A stretch of 64,000 nt of DNA from Octopus sinensis (GCF_006345805.1 NC_043012.1:35774001-35838000), one strand, 5' to 3'. Positions 1-12,769 are shown, counted from the first letter of the stretch. Program-made: numbers and translations. The notes: generated by a model not told the origin, from the letters alone.

Positions 1-48
<48 letters not shown>

Positions 49-150
49 ATGCTGCTGCTGCTGCTATACTACTACTACTACTACTACTAATAATAATAAT
101 AATAATAATACTACGACGACGACCACCACCACCACCACTACCACTACTAT
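1..150. repeat. (CTA)n/(TAA)n/(CAC)n microsatellite
   Basis: Direct reading. Confidence 0.95.
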
Positions 151-518
151 ATCACTATAGCCACAAGCAGACCACAAAAGCACCCCGCCCATCATATCAA
201 TTGTTACCACTTCCTGCATCCCAGTACTTCTACCACTACCCTGACTACTTCACCCCTCACCATACTACTACATGCACTCTATCTTCACACCTCTACAATA
301 TATCCAACTACACTGTCAAAGCCATAACCACATTACTATATCCATATCCACAACCACTCATAATTAATACACCACTATAACATCGAGCACTCTACTATGG
401 TCACCACCATATTACTATATGTACTACAACATTACTAAAGCCACTACGGCACTACTATAGCTGTTACCACCTTCACTACTGTACACTCAGCTACAGCAAT
501 ATTTTAGCCACTGCTTCA

Positions 519-733
519 GGCAGTGAACTGGCAGAATGGTCAGCACACCAGGTAAAGTGCTCTGTGGCACTTTATCCGTCTTTATGTTCTGAGTTCAAAT
601 TCTGCCAAGGTCAACTTTACCTTTCATCTTTTCAGGGTCAATAAAGTAAGTACCAGTTGAGCACTGGGGTTGATCTAATTGACTGGCTTCCTCACATGAA
701 ATTGCTGGCCTTGTGCCAAAATTTGAAGCCAAT
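519..733 (+). mobile_element. tRNA-headed SINE, family A (working label)
   Basis: Head GGCAGTGAACTGGCAGAATGGT..GAGTTCAAATTC; body TTTCATCTTTTCAGGGTCAATAAAGTAAGTACCAGTTGAGCACTGGGG recurs about 10 times in the window. Confidence 0.85.
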
Positions 734-859
734 ATTTTAACCACCTCATGACTATACCGCTCACCATATTTCTATGGTTACTCCGAAGTCACATATCAAA
801 GTAACTGTCTCATCCTTACCATCGTTATCTGCGATCAGAATTGGTTTTGTTATTGTTCA

Positions 860-1960
860 GGTGCTCAGGGTTCTGTTAGGGCCAGAGCTCCAGGTGGTTT
901 GAGACTGGGACAAAGTCATAAACAGAGTGGTCAGTCTCAACCAGAAATGGTCTGAGTAGGAGTTACGAGTTATCCTTGAAAGGACTGAGATGTTGAGCAC
1001 GTACATCACCCCCATTGCTCCCATCACCTATTACTCCCTGACCACTGTGCTTTTCCCTGGTTTTGATATGACCAGATTGTTGCAGCTGCACCTTTGCATT
1101 TTATGGAAGGGATGCAGAAGGTCCATTTACTGCAAACATTTTCTGTTAAGGAGATCTTGGTATGTTGTGGATGATGATGATGCAGAGACCTGCAGCATCT
1201 GCCAAGATTCCTGGATGCTGAGCTGGTGTGGATTCTCTTGATCAAGTATGTCTTCTTCTTCACTGCTCACATCTTTGACTGAGCTGCAATCATGGGTCAA
1301 ATGAAAATGAAGATTAGGGATATGGAATCTGGAATGTCGTATGGTACTCATAATTTCTTATTCATTCAGACAAGTGGTCATCGATTGGTGCAGCAACCTT
1401 TACATAATGGAGCAGTGCTTCTCTGACATATTTAGCATCCAAGTATTGTTGACTTGTGGGCTTTTATTGAACAGCTGTTGTCATATCGGACAGATATGGT
1501 TTTTAGCTGAATCATCTTGAGAATTGCACTGCTGCCTTGCTTTGGAATGGCAAATAGTTTTTCTTTCTCTTGTGGTTGTAGCAAAAGATGTGGAAGGACA
1601 TAACTGAAAGAACTGAGGTCATTCACTTTCGTCTCCTGCCTAGTTTTTACTATTTAAGTTATTTTTTCTTTTTCATATGGTATCATTCCTTTTCCATTTT
1701 CCTAAATAAAGAGAAACCATTTTTTCCCCCAGTTCCATGCAGTGTATTTTCCTTCTGTTTCTTGATGGAATGTAGCAATAGCTGAGGAATGTCTACTAAG
1801 ATCAAACCCAGTTTCCCCTCAATTGATGTTTCCACTGTTGCTGAATAGACTAGATCTTCCAGTCTGCCCATTATTCTGGTATTTTGTTTCTCTAGACAGA
1901 ATTTCATGTAGGACTACCCCACCCCTTACACTCATACTACATGTATTTATTCTTTCATGG
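860..1960 (-). mobile_element. Heavily decayed Ty3/Gypsy pol remnant (RT then RNase H)
   Basis: Broken frames give MKFCLEKQN (cf. MRFCVDYRKLN), GRLEDL (PRIEDL), IPQLLLHSIKKQKENT (WQIPL..EDKEKT) and LLLRPFLVETDH (YLLGRPFxVETDH) in the expected order; many stops. Confidence 0.35.
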
Positions 1961-2454
1961 AGTTACATGTTCATGTATAACTTGGTCAAGTATCACCATT
2001 GATCCATGTTCATTGATTGTTCTCTTCTTATCATTTCTTCATTGATTCTACGAGGTCCTCCTCAATGTTGATTCGAGTTTATCTGTTTTTAATCCGTTTG
2101 TTGATCAGTGCATGTGGGGTGGGTGGATGGGTAGTGTGTACTTTTGCTGTGTTTGTGTATTTAGTCAAACTGGGATGGGGTGGAGGAGACTTGTATGGTC
2201 TTCATCTTCATCTTGGATTTTCTTTCTTATCTCTGCATCTGTTTCCAATTTCCAAGCAATACCTTGTGGTTCTCTCCTGTTGTGGATTCTGCACTATGTT
2301 GACTATGTTTCAAGACCCCTATTCATTACTGTGTGGCAAGTATTGTTGTTTTTCGTTGGTTTGTTGTACATCATCTGTTTTTACATCTATTATGTATAGT
2401 CAGTTGTTTTGTTATATCTTAATGTATAATCATTGTATCATTTATCCTTCCCTT

Positions 2455-2666
2455 GTTTCGGTCATTAGACTGTGGCCATGCTGGAGCACTGGCCTAAAGC
2501 ATTTTGAGTTGAATGAACTGGCTCCAGTACCTATATTTTTAAAGTCTGGTACTTATTCTATCACTTTCTTTTGCCAACTCACAAAGCTACGAGGATGTAA
2601 ACACACCAACAATGGTTGTCAGGCAGTACTGGGGGACAAATACAGACACACACACATACACAGAAA

Positions 2667-2707
<41 letters not shown>

Positions 2708-2870
2708 CGTGCTCCTTTCAGTTTCTGTCTACCAAATCCACTCACAAGGCTTTGGTCAGCCCAAGACTGTAGTAGAAGACACTTGTTCCATGTGCCACAC
2801 ATTGGGACTGAACCTAGAACCATGTGATTGGGGGTTAAAGCTCTTACCACACAACCATGCCCGTACCTGC
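2455..2870 (-). mobile_element. tRNA-headed SINE, family B, with internal (CA)/(TA) microsatellite
   Basis: Minus-strand head GGCATGGTTGTGTGGTAAGAG..GGTTCAGTCCC (A/B-box like); body and tail match about 20 other copies. Confidence 0.9.
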
Positions 2871-3199
2871 GAGTCATTTTATTTTGATTGAGGAGGTTCT
2901 AGTTATTGTTTATTAGAAGACTCCTCTTTATATTCATAAGAGAAAGTATAGGGTTGTGAGATCCCTTTAGCTCTGTCCCACCAAAGATTATTCAGTCTCC
3001 CTAGTCTGGGTGCCACCAAATGCACCCAGTACATTGTTTAGAGTGGTTGGTGCTCAGAAAGGTATCCAGCCATAGAAACCAAGCCAAATGACTCGTATGT
3101 GTATCAGTCTCTGGAAGCAACAGCCTCCAATGAGAAATGGTTTCAACTGTGATGACAACCTGTCCAACCCATGCTGACATGGAGTGCAAACATAAAATG

Positions 3200-3560
3200 A
3201 TGGTGACGATGTTAAAGACGACAATGACAGTAGTGGTGGTGATGAGGATGATGATGATGAAGGAGAAGACAACAACAACAATGAGGATGATGATGATGAC
3301 AGTGATGATGATGATGATGATGATGGTGGTGATGATGATGACCATGATGAAAATGACGATAACAATGATGACGATGATGATGATAATAGTGACGATGACA
3401 ATGATGAAGAGAATGATGATGATGATGAAGGTGATGTGATGATGATGATGATGATGATGGTGACAATGGTGATGATGACCATGATGAAAACGAGTATAAC
3501 AGCGATGATGATGATGATGATGACGATGATGACAATGATGATGATGATGATGATTGATAT
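3200..3560. repeat. Degenerate (GAT)n microsatellite
   Basis: Direct reading; source of poly-M/D/I/S ORFs. Confidence 0.95.
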
Positions 3561-3705
3561 TTTAATATGCATTGTATTTCAGAGAGCAAGAATACCAAAC
3601 AAGGATCCGAGTAACTTGGTACACAATAAATATAAGAAGTAACATCACAACATCAGTTTTTTTTTTTTCTCTCAGTTATCTCACCGATGTTTAAATCCTT
3701 CGCTA

Positions 3706-4105
3706 ATGGTTATCGGAAATTTTGCCATAAACATTTTTGCCGCAGGAAAATTCACTGTGAGAAATTTTACTGCAGGAAAGCTCGCCGTAAAAAAGAATAA
3801 ATCTGCAGCAAAATGTGCATTATTTGTGCAGCATTGCTAGGAATTTTCATGTTTTGAATGACCTCATTACATTTTTTTTTATGTTTGACATTGAATAAAG
3901 ACTTGACTATTTAATTCTTTTATAAAACTTTTTATTATTCGCTTTTTATTTAAAAATTTTTCTGATATGATACATTTTATTATTATCTCTACGATGAACT
4001 TGTCTTTCGGCGAATTTTCCTATAAGGTGAAATTTCTTTCAGTGAATTTTCCTGTGGCAAATTTTCTCACTGCAAAAATGTTTCTCACAAATATTCCAGA
4101 CATGT
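3706..4105. mobile_element. Foldback/MITE-like element with inverted ends made of 15-bp subrepeats
   Basis: Five units like GGAAAATTCGCCGTA at 3715-3790 on +, and 6-7 inverted units at about 3990-4100; AT-rich core. Confidence 0.6.
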
Positions 4106-4379
4106 TTGCTAATATATATCGGCAAAAGATAATCAATATTATGGGTTTCCACACAGTTTCCATCTAAGAAGTGCTGTTAACAAGGCATTGGTGAACTAGA
4201 GGTTATTATAAAAGAAACTCACCCAGGGTACTGCCCAGTAAGATTGAACCCAGAACTGCTTGGTTGCAAAGCAAACTTCTCAACCACACGACCATACCTG
4301 TACCCATATTTAAGTTCCTTCATTTGAGTAAACTCCTCATCGACAAATTCGTTTCCTTGATCTGCCAATATAATGTCCA

Positions 4380-4552
4380 TGAAGACAGCGGATGGTAGCA
4401 ATGGTAGAACATGAGGCTGCATATCTCGTAGTATCTTTTAATGTTCTGGGTTCAAATCCTTCTGTGGTTAGTTTTGCCTTTCATTTATCTGAAGATGGGG
4501 GTGGAGGCAGCCATGTAATGAATACCAGTCATGCACTGGGGGTCAATGAAAT
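4380..4552 (+). mobile_element. SINE family A, decayed
   Basis: GTTCTGGGTTCAAATCC..TTTGCCTTTCAT..GCACTGGGGGTCAATG. Confidence 0.65.
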
Positions 4553-5527
4553 AAAAAAAAATCTCCGTCTTTCAAGATTAGTAGTGTTGTGCCAATATAG
4601 GGATTCATTATGGCACCTGTGTCTCTCTGTGATGTAGAGTCATTCACATCATTGTTGTTGTTTAGCCCCAGGTCAGCTCCGATTGAGCAAGACTATGATC
4701 AAAGATGTTCCAACCATGCCTGCCCATCCTGGTTTGTTTTCTATATTTATTTTTTGTTTTGTTTCATCAGGCATCTTATACTCCCTTACATACTTACTTT
4801 TCTATCATTTCCTTATTCCAGTCATTGGGCTATGGCCATGCAGGAGCACTGCCTTGTAGAGTTAGTAAAAAAAAAATCAATCCCAGTATTTAAGTTAGTG
4901 GTATCACGGTACAAGGTCTTCCATACAGTATCCCTAATGCTCCAATTTGCACCACCAAACCTAATTACTGTAACTGTTAATTTAGTTAATGGTATGGAAC
5001 TAACTCTCCCCACCCCCTACATTATCATCATTGTAGAAACCATTATTTGAGTCAGTGCTATGATACAACGGGAGTTGGGTGGTGGTGTTCTAGCACAATA
5101 CCCTCAGCATGGTAACCATTGATTAAAAACTACAATATTGAACATGAAGATCGTGCATGCATTGAATAAGAATTTGGTGGAAGTTAGCATGATTCCTGCA
5201 ACTGTTATCTCTTTGATTATGTGGTTCCTTTGAAGAAATTGCCTGATATATAATTCAAACAAAAGGCCACAGTGGTGATAGGAAATAGATCCGCTTCCTT
5301 TGGATGCTCCGTTTGATCAGCTTAAACCAAACAGCTTAACCTGTCATTTTCTGAGGGTCACGGACACATTTAGGACTGAGGGTCAGGCATAAGCTTAAAG
5401 CTAGGATTAAGGATATGCTTTGTGTTATTAAGGGTAAGGATCATTATTATAGTTAGGGTTAGGAATTGAAATATGAGGCTTAGTTTGCAAAAATATTTGT
5501 AAGCCTATCTCTGTTGAAATTAATTCT

Positions 5528-5622
5528 TTTCCTCTCTCTCTCTCTCTCTCCCTCTCTCTCTCTCTCTCCCCTCTCTCTCTCCCCTCTCTCTCTCCCTCTC
5601 TCTCTCTCCCCTCTCTCTCTCC

Positions 5623-5653
<31 letters not shown>

Positions 5654-5765
5654 CCCTCTCTCTCCTCTCTCTCTCTCCCTCTCTCTCTCTCTCCCTCTCT
5701 CTCCCTCTCTCTCTCTCTCTCTCCCTCTCTCTCTCCTCTCTCTCTCCCCTCTCTCTCTCTCCCTC

Positions 5766-5801
<36 letters not shown>

Positions 5802-5810
5802 CCTCTCTCA
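5528..5810. repeat. (CT)n/(CCT) polypyrimidine microsatellite
   Basis: Direct reading. Confidence 0.97.
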
Positions 5811-6796
5811 GGTGGAAGGTTAATCTTAAAACATTCTGTTTCTCTCACTCCATGGCATTATAAACTTACACAAACTCACAAATGTCATCTTACCATTTTT
5901 GCCGAAATAAACCACCACCATTTTCTTCACGCTTCATTTCTTTTTACTTGTTGCTGACGGTGTGCAGATGACATACCTGATGGGAATTCATTAGGAAAAG
6001 AAAAATGTTAAAAGGTCTTAAAAGTCAACTAAATTGTTGTGCTTACAAAATTTATGGGTGACCATTTGTAGGGTATGCGTGTATGAGTAATTTGAGAGCG
6101 GACTGGTCAAGGTAATGTTCAGCTATGAATCAAATGAAAATCTCAGGAAACAAATAGGGAGATCAGGATTATAATTTTATGTAAGAGACAAATAAACATA
6201 CTGAACATTCATAAAGGCGATTGGTGATCAGTTTTGGGGAAAATCAAGTGGACCAATGGAAACATAGTGTTTTATAACTTCCTTTATATTTATTGTGACT
6301 TCCTGTTTCTGTTAAGTTTGACTTCAAAAATCTTCTCTGAAAAGAACATCCTCTGGCAGAGAGTGTCTGTTAGAAAATCTCTGGTAGTTTGTCTTGACTA
6401 GAGATTTTCTGTCAGGCATTCTTCATTAGTTCATGGCCACTGATGTCATCGTAACCATTTTCACCATCAAGAACCATCGATATCCCTCATAACACCACAC
6501 CACCACCTCCACCATAATTGGCCTTGACCACTGACACCACCACTACCCCACCATCAGCGTCACTGCTATCCAACCACCACATACCTCTGCCACCACCGCC
6601 ATCATCATCATCATCATCATTGTTACTATCAATGATCTTGTTACATCTAGCTCTCCCCCTCTCCACCCCCCTCTCCTTTGTCTTAAACCATTTTCTCTAA
6701 TATACAAATTATATCAACTTCACTGACAACATCCAAACTTTGTCTTCTTTCTTTTTCCTTCATTCTTCTATTTTTACTTCCTCAACATGTATGCAC

Positions 6797-6838
<42 letters not shown>

Positions 6839-7221
6839 ACACACATGACAAAAAAGATGCAATTAACAACACGAAACGAAACAAAGCCCCCAAAATGCAA
6901 ACATCTCTACAAAAGGAGAATCGCTTTCTTCGTCCTTTCAACCAAGGAGAGAAGATGATAGAGTTTTGATACAACAATGTGATGAAAGAGAAAAAATATT
7001 CTATTCAGAAACAACGACCTCACCCCCATCATATCTCCCCACCCCACAAAAAGCAAAAGAACAACAACAAAAGCTCCTAAAGAACCAAAAAAAATTCCTT
7101 TGTTAGTTTTAATATTTTTTTTCCTATATCTATCTCTCTCTTGTTTCAAGTGCAGTTTAGTTCCATATTTTTCATATCTTTTTGTTCTTGTAAATTATGG
7201 CTAGAATTAAGAAAGACAAAA

Positions 7222-7437
7222 CTAAATAAATAAATAAATAAAAAGGTTTTCTATTCCAGTGCTGGCACTCTTTCTTTTAGATTCAATATGATCTTTGGCA
7301 ACTCTTTCTTCGGTTCCTTCAGTTGTTTCTCTGCCATTGCCAATCTCTTTGACGTTTGCCGTTTCTTCTTCAGTCATGTTATTTAAACCAAGATGATCGA
7401 CATAGTTACTTTCACTGTCCTCCCGTTTTGCACGATG
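7222..7437 (-). CDS. Candidate terminal coding exon, unknown acidic protein (HRAKREDSESNYVDHLGLNNMTEEETANVKEIG...IENLFIYLFI*)
   Basis: Strong polypyrimidine acceptor TTTTTTTCTGTTAG, then a 71-codon non-repetitive open frame to TAG; the other two frames close early. Confidence 0.45.
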   Translation of the reverse strand, partial: HRAKREDSESNYVDHLGLNNMTEEETANVKEIGNGRETTEGTEERVAKDHIESKRKSASTGIENLFIYLFI

Positions 7438-7907
7438 CTAACAGAAAAAAAAAGAAAAAGAAAAAGAAGAAGAAATAATGATGATGATAATAATAATAAT
7501 AATAATAAAATAGGAAAAAGAAGTAAACATTCTATTATCTTCCAATATTCTGATCTTCCTGCGAGCTGAAAGATTAATAATTTCTAGGTCTTTTGAAGAA
7601 GAATAAAAATAAAAATAAAATAAAATGACAGAAAAAAAAATAAGGACTATGATGATGATGATGATGATAATAAAAATAATAATAATAATAATAATAATAA
7701 ATAATAATAATAATAATGATGATGATGATATTGATAAAATAAAAGAAATATAATGAAATAAAATAAGAATATGCTAAAATCGAATTTGAGTTGTATGCCA
7801 AACGAAACTAATAGCCGATTCCAAAGATGACAGAGCCACATGAAGAAATCTGCGATATGATTAGAGTTGTCAGAACAAATGATTGGTCTGCTAAAAGAAT
7901 TCTTTAC

Positions 7908-7962
7908 CTTTCACAGATTTCTTAGTGTTTAAACTTGAGTCTTTTCCACCGATTCCATCGTT
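7908..7962 (-). CDS. Candidate internal exon NDGIGGKDSSLNTKKSVK (phase 0 to 1)
   Basis: CAG acceptor (weak tract) and AAG|GTAAAG donor; unique sequence. Confidence 0.3.
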
Positions 7963-8204
7963 CTGTCATGACTATAATTTATTATGACCGAAAATAGACG
8001 GCAGAATCAGCCTCAACGAGATTGGTATTTTAAAAAAAATTTTATTCTGTTTTTGCTTCAATTAAATATGTCTTACATTTTGACTTCCATTGTTTACGAT
8101 GAACCAATGATGCTAGAAATAGTAGCTAAATCCCCATCAGTTCACCTCCTGCTGTCCTCTATTTATTCATTGATTGATTGATTTATTTATTTATTTATTG
8201 TTTA

Positions 8205-8520
8205 AGGCGTAAGCATGACTGTGTGGCTAAGAAGCTCGCTTTGCAATGACGGTTTTGGGTTCAATCCCACTGCATGGTATCTTAGACAAACGTCTTTTAC
8301 TATGCACCAGGCTGACCAATGCCTTGCAAGTGATAGATGGAAATTGCGTGGAAGCCTGTCATGATTGTGCTTGTGTGTGTGTATGTGTGTGTGTGCGTGT
8401 GTATCTGTGTTCGTGTTTGTCCTCTCACTGTTTGAAAACTGGTGTTGGTTTGTTTATTTACCTATCACTTAGCAGTTCTGTTAAAGAGACCAATAGAATA
8501 AATATTAGACTTCAAAAAAA
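8205..8520 (+). mobile_element. SINE family B
   Basis: GCATGACTGTGTGGCTAAGAAG..GGGTTCAATCCCAC head, (GT)n core, GAGACCAATAGAATAA tail. Confidence 0.85.
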
Positions 8521-8639
8521 AAAAAGAAGGAAAAAAAGAAGAAGGAAATCAATGTGTTTGAGTAAACACAGCATGGATGCAGTGCAGAGATTGAAAGAAG
8601 AAAGAGGAAAATGTAGTCTTTGATTTACTGCTTGAATAA

Positions 8640-8870
8640 AAGACAGGATGATCATAGCTGGAGAGCCTTTGATCATAGATCAGCTCAGTCATTGCTAACC
8701 TGGGGCTAATAAGTAACAATCTTCAAACAGTTTTTTCTTCAATTAGACATCAAACAATCTTTACCTTTGTAGTTTACAAACCTGTGAGGGACCATCTATG
8801 TGGTCATAGGATCTGCATGCTAGACATAGCAGCCAAATCTCTCAAATCTCAACTGCAACATTTTATTTAA
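8640..8870 (+). mobile_element. Unclassified interspersed repeat, family D (two partial copies)
   Basis: GATGATCATAGCTGGA..CCTTTGATCATAG..CTGGGGCTAA and GCTAGA(A)ATAGCAGCCAAATCTC motifs recur at 4640, 31135, 42420, 43565, 47480, 61150 and 61500. Confidence 0.7.
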
Positions 8871-8934
8871 AAAATTTAAAAACAAACTCAAAGGACATTT
8901 TGAATAATGCCATTTCAGGTTTAGTATTCCTGAA

Positions 8935-9090
8935 TAAAACATAGGATTGTTTATTTCTTTATTGCGACCCCAAAAGGATGACAGGCAAAGTTGACCTCGG
9001 CAGAATTTGAACTCATAATGTAACGGCAGACGAAACACCGCTAAGCATTTTGCCCGGCGTGTAAACGATTCTGCCAGCTCGCCACCTTCA
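8935..9090 (-). mobile_element. SINE family A
   Basis: Reverse complement of family A head and body. Confidence 0.85.
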
Positions 9091-9719
9091 TAGGATTGTT
9101 ATGACTATAATGTCTTTGATCTTTGGAAATCTGTAGGATTAGAGCTGACGATAAACAATATCAACCACAACAACAACAACAAACCTGATGTTGTTGGTTT
9201 TTGAAAAAATGTTATCAAATTTATCCTACACTTTTTTTCAAAACAGAGTGTAATTTGAAAGAGATTTGGCAACTTTTTCTGGCTTTGTTAACTTCTTAAA
9301 GTGGATGATACCTCTCACTTGTAATATCATTGATTATATTCCAGCAGTAAAAGGAAAACTAAAATTGTTTAAAGAATTCTGTCTGTTGATTGTTTCTTTT
9401 CCTCTGTGGTAAGAGAGAGAATCTTCTTGCCGGGAATATGTATTTTGTTATTGTTCTTTTCATTAGCGAAGGAAAAAGAATAAAATATATTATTGTTTGG
9501 GCATTTATTTGTTGTTCTTAATTTTTATCTTTATATTAATCATAGTGTCCTAAACATTCTCATGTAGCTGCTGTTTCAGTCTATCTGGATTTCATCTGCA
9601 CAATGTAGTCAGAAAGCTAAGATCTTTAAAATGTTGCATGAAATTAAATTAAATCATTGAATTTATAGAAAGAGAAGGAGGGGCAGAGAAGATATGTAAT
9701 GAAGTCATTGTTTGTTTGT

Positions 9720-10030
9720 TTCCCTGTAAGTTAATGGATGGCCTGCCAGTTCCATCACCAGGCTACTCGTGTTTGCCAGCTGAGTGGACTGGAGTGACAT
9801 GAAGTGAAGGGTTTTGCTCAAGAGCACAATGCATTGCCCGGTCCAGAGATTGAAACAGCAATCTTACAATCATGAGCCCAACACTCTAACCACTAAGCCA
9901 TGTGCCTCCATTTTGTCACACTGTGTCATGTTAATTATACTTGAGAATTATGTTAAGGATACACATGTCTATGGAGTACTCAGCCACTTGGCATGCTATT
10001 TCAATGAATGAGTCATGCAGGCAATTGAAC
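9720..10030 (-). mobile_element. tRNA-headed SINE family F pieces (head on -, body fragment on +)
   Basis: Reverse complement of GCACATGGCTTAGTGGTTAGAG; body GTTAAGGATACACATGTCTATGGAGTACTCAGCCACTTG matches 19050 and 41800. Confidence 0.7.
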
Positions 10031-11847
10031 AACTGCATACTCATCTTAAAACTGTTGGGAGAATTCATCACATAATACTATGGGGTTTCTTCACAGCTTC
10101 CCTCCATCAAATTCCACTCCTTGGGCATTTGGTCAGCCTGATGCTATATTAGAAGAGACTCAACCAAGGTATCCTGCCATGGGATTGAACCCAGGACCAA
10201 ATGGTTATGAACCATACTTCTTAAACAATTTGGCATGATTGAGGTCTTGGGACTCGAAGTGTTCAAAGAACAAACATTTTCCCATCTGACCTATTTTCTA
10301 GTCTCCTTTCTGATATTCTCTCCCCACCCCACTACATAAAAGCCTCCACCATGAGCATTACCAACCTGTCTTTGACTCTTTGAGTCTCTCTACTCGACCA
10401 TATTAATTCCAAATGTTGTCATAGATATGTGATGTATTGTGTCCTGATAAATAGTTATGTAATTCTTCATATTGGAGACGACATGCATTTCCTTGAAACA
10501 TTACAAGACTTTTCCTCTGCTTGTCTCCCCCTTCCTTCCTCCCTTTCCTTCCTTCCTTTTCCTTTTCTCAACAACCACAATTCTGCCAAACGACTGCCAA
10601 TTCCTGACCCTCTACCATTTTGTGTAGCCTTTCTAACCAGAAAGATGATACAAAACAAAGATTAGACATTCACACACACACACACACACCACTACACACA
10701 CACAGACACAGACATACACACACGTACACACACACGCACGCATACACAAACAAAGGTGTACGCTCTGAATCAATAGTTATGAAACGATGCTGCAATATTA
10801 GCAGAGCCAACTTGTGGTGTTAGTGGCTCTTTCTGGCTGTCAATTAAACGATAATAAACATCAAAAGATTGAGGTGAGGGTCGGTGGCAGGGAGTGGAGA
10901 GAGGAATTATCATCGAATCCAAACATAAGGAAGAAGAAACGGTAACGCCTCTCAGTCAATCATTTATTGATGATCTCCAATTGAAAATTTTCTATACTTC
11001 TTCTTGTGTATTTACTCATTGATTTCGTATTTATTGTGTAATGTCTGAACAGAGGAACCAAGTTGTGAAAGGCAAAATGTTGGTTTTTATGCTGCTTACC
11101 ACCTTGATCTACATGAAATGCTTGCCAGGAATAAAAATTGGTAAATCTTAAAAGTCAATGGACCGGTAATTCCTAAAGAGACATAGCCACGGAAACTTGT
11201 CAATATTGTGATATTAGAAGACATTTTGGTGCTTACCATTTCAACTATGTGATAATACATTTATGTTTCAGACTATTAGATTGTTTTACACACATAATCA
11301 TCATCATCATCATCATCATCATATATGTACACTTGCTAACAAAGTTCTACATACAAGAATAAATTCTAAACAATAACATAGCCCCAAATTTAACCAATAA
11401 AAATTTCTCCAAGACACCTCTCCATAACAACCAACTCTAAAACCTAATTACCACTCCAATAAAAAAAAACCTAATCAAGGAAGATTTTCACTGAATAGAT
11501 ACTATGCATCGTAGTCTGATGATGGCTTAACTGACAAAACTTCAAAGCTGTTCAAGAATAGTAAATATGTATATATATATATATATACTACTAATATAGG
11601 ATGAAGTTTTTTTACAGAAAAAAATTTCATCAAGAAAAAGTGGCAGCATATTAAAATACCTTTAAAGGTTAGAATTATAAACAACTTATAAACAAGGGCA
11701 AAAGAAAATTATTTCTATGCCAATATGCTGATAACAGACTTTTAAATCGTCAATTTCGACATATCATTATATACCCACTACAGAAATATGCTGTGCTGAA
11801 ATCGAGGAAAGCAAGCCAACAGAATTTTTTTTTTTTAAAGTTCGTTA

Positions 11848-11906
11848 TTTCTATATTGAATCAATTTCAGAATTAATCTCATAGATTTTTTCCTCGTCAG
11901 TAGAAA
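11848..11906 (-). ncRNA. Type I minimal hammerhead ribozyme motif
   Basis: UUUCUA-CUGACGA-stem II-GAAA-UUGA(U)UCAA-UA/UAGAAA; all core bases present, 6-bp stem I, predicted AUA cleavage between 11854 and 11853. Confidence 0.75.
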
Positions 11907-12446
11907 ATACGATAAGAAATAAATGAAATACTTACATGTGCCCAAGGAAAAAAAAAGCCGAAGCAAAAGTCATGAGTACAAAGAAGTACCCCAGATATAT
12001 TTAAATATAAAATCCTTTGGCCAGCTTCAGCACACGTGTGAACTGTTCTCCACCACAGCTTATAGTGGTTACCAGTCCCTATAGTGTTGGTTTTTATGCT
12101 GCTTACCACCTTGATCTACATGAAATGCTTGCCAGGAATAAAAATTGTTTATAAGTTGTTTATAATTTTAACCTTTAAAGGTATTTTAATATGCTGCCAC
12201 TTTTTCTTGATGAAATTTTTTTGTGTAAAAAAACTTCATCCTATATTAGTAGTAGAGTTATTACTATTTGCTATAGGGGCTGGTAACCACTATAAGCTAT
12301 GGTGGAGAACAGTTCACACGTGTGCTGAGGCTAACCAAAGGATTTTATATTTAGATATATCTGGGGTACTTATATGTACTCATGACTTTTGCTTCGGCTT
12401 TTTTTCCATGGGCGCATGTAAGTATTTCATTTATTTCTATTCGTAT

Positions 12447-12508
12447 TTTCTACTGACGAGGAAAAAATCTATTATGAGATTAATTCTGAAATTGATTCAA
12501 TATAGAAA
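12447..12508 (+). ncRNA. Type I minimal hammerhead ribozyme motif
   Basis: Stem I TTTCTA 12447-52 with TAGAAA 12503-08; CTGACGA 12453-59; stem II GGAA..AATCT/AGATT..TTCT; GAAA 12488-91; palindromic stem III ATTGA-T-TCAAT; predicted cleavage after 12502. Confidence 0.78.
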
Positions 12509-12769
12509 TAACAAACTTTAAAAAAAAAAAATTCTGTTGGCTAGCTTTCCTCGATTTCAGCACAATCATATTTCTATAGTGAGTATATAATAATATGTGG
12601 ACATTGATGATTTAAAAGTCTGTTGTCAGCATATTGGCATGGAAATAATTTTCTTTTGCCCTTGTTTTATAAGTTGTTTATAATTTTAACCTTTAAAGGT
12701 AATTTAATATGCTGCCACTTTTTCTTGATGAAATTTTTTTCTGTAAAAAAACTTCATCCTATATTAGTA

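Noticed and set aside
2017-2772. 251-aa + strand ORF, the longest in the track
   Set aside because: Starts at TTG, is T-rich, and runs through a reverse SINE B and a TA tract.
5050-5300. Possible Gypsy RNase H echo (GVGGGVLAQ..LIMWFL)
   Set aside because: Similarity too weak and no flanking domains.
8074-8115. 36-nt minus exon candidate HHWFIVNNGSQN
   Set aside because: Its acceptor lies within a family D repeat motif.
9570-9600. Hammerhead-like CAGAUGA..GAAACAGC on minus; similar cases at 39525, 44205, 55975 and 61175
   Set aside because: Core or stems too broken to separate from chance.
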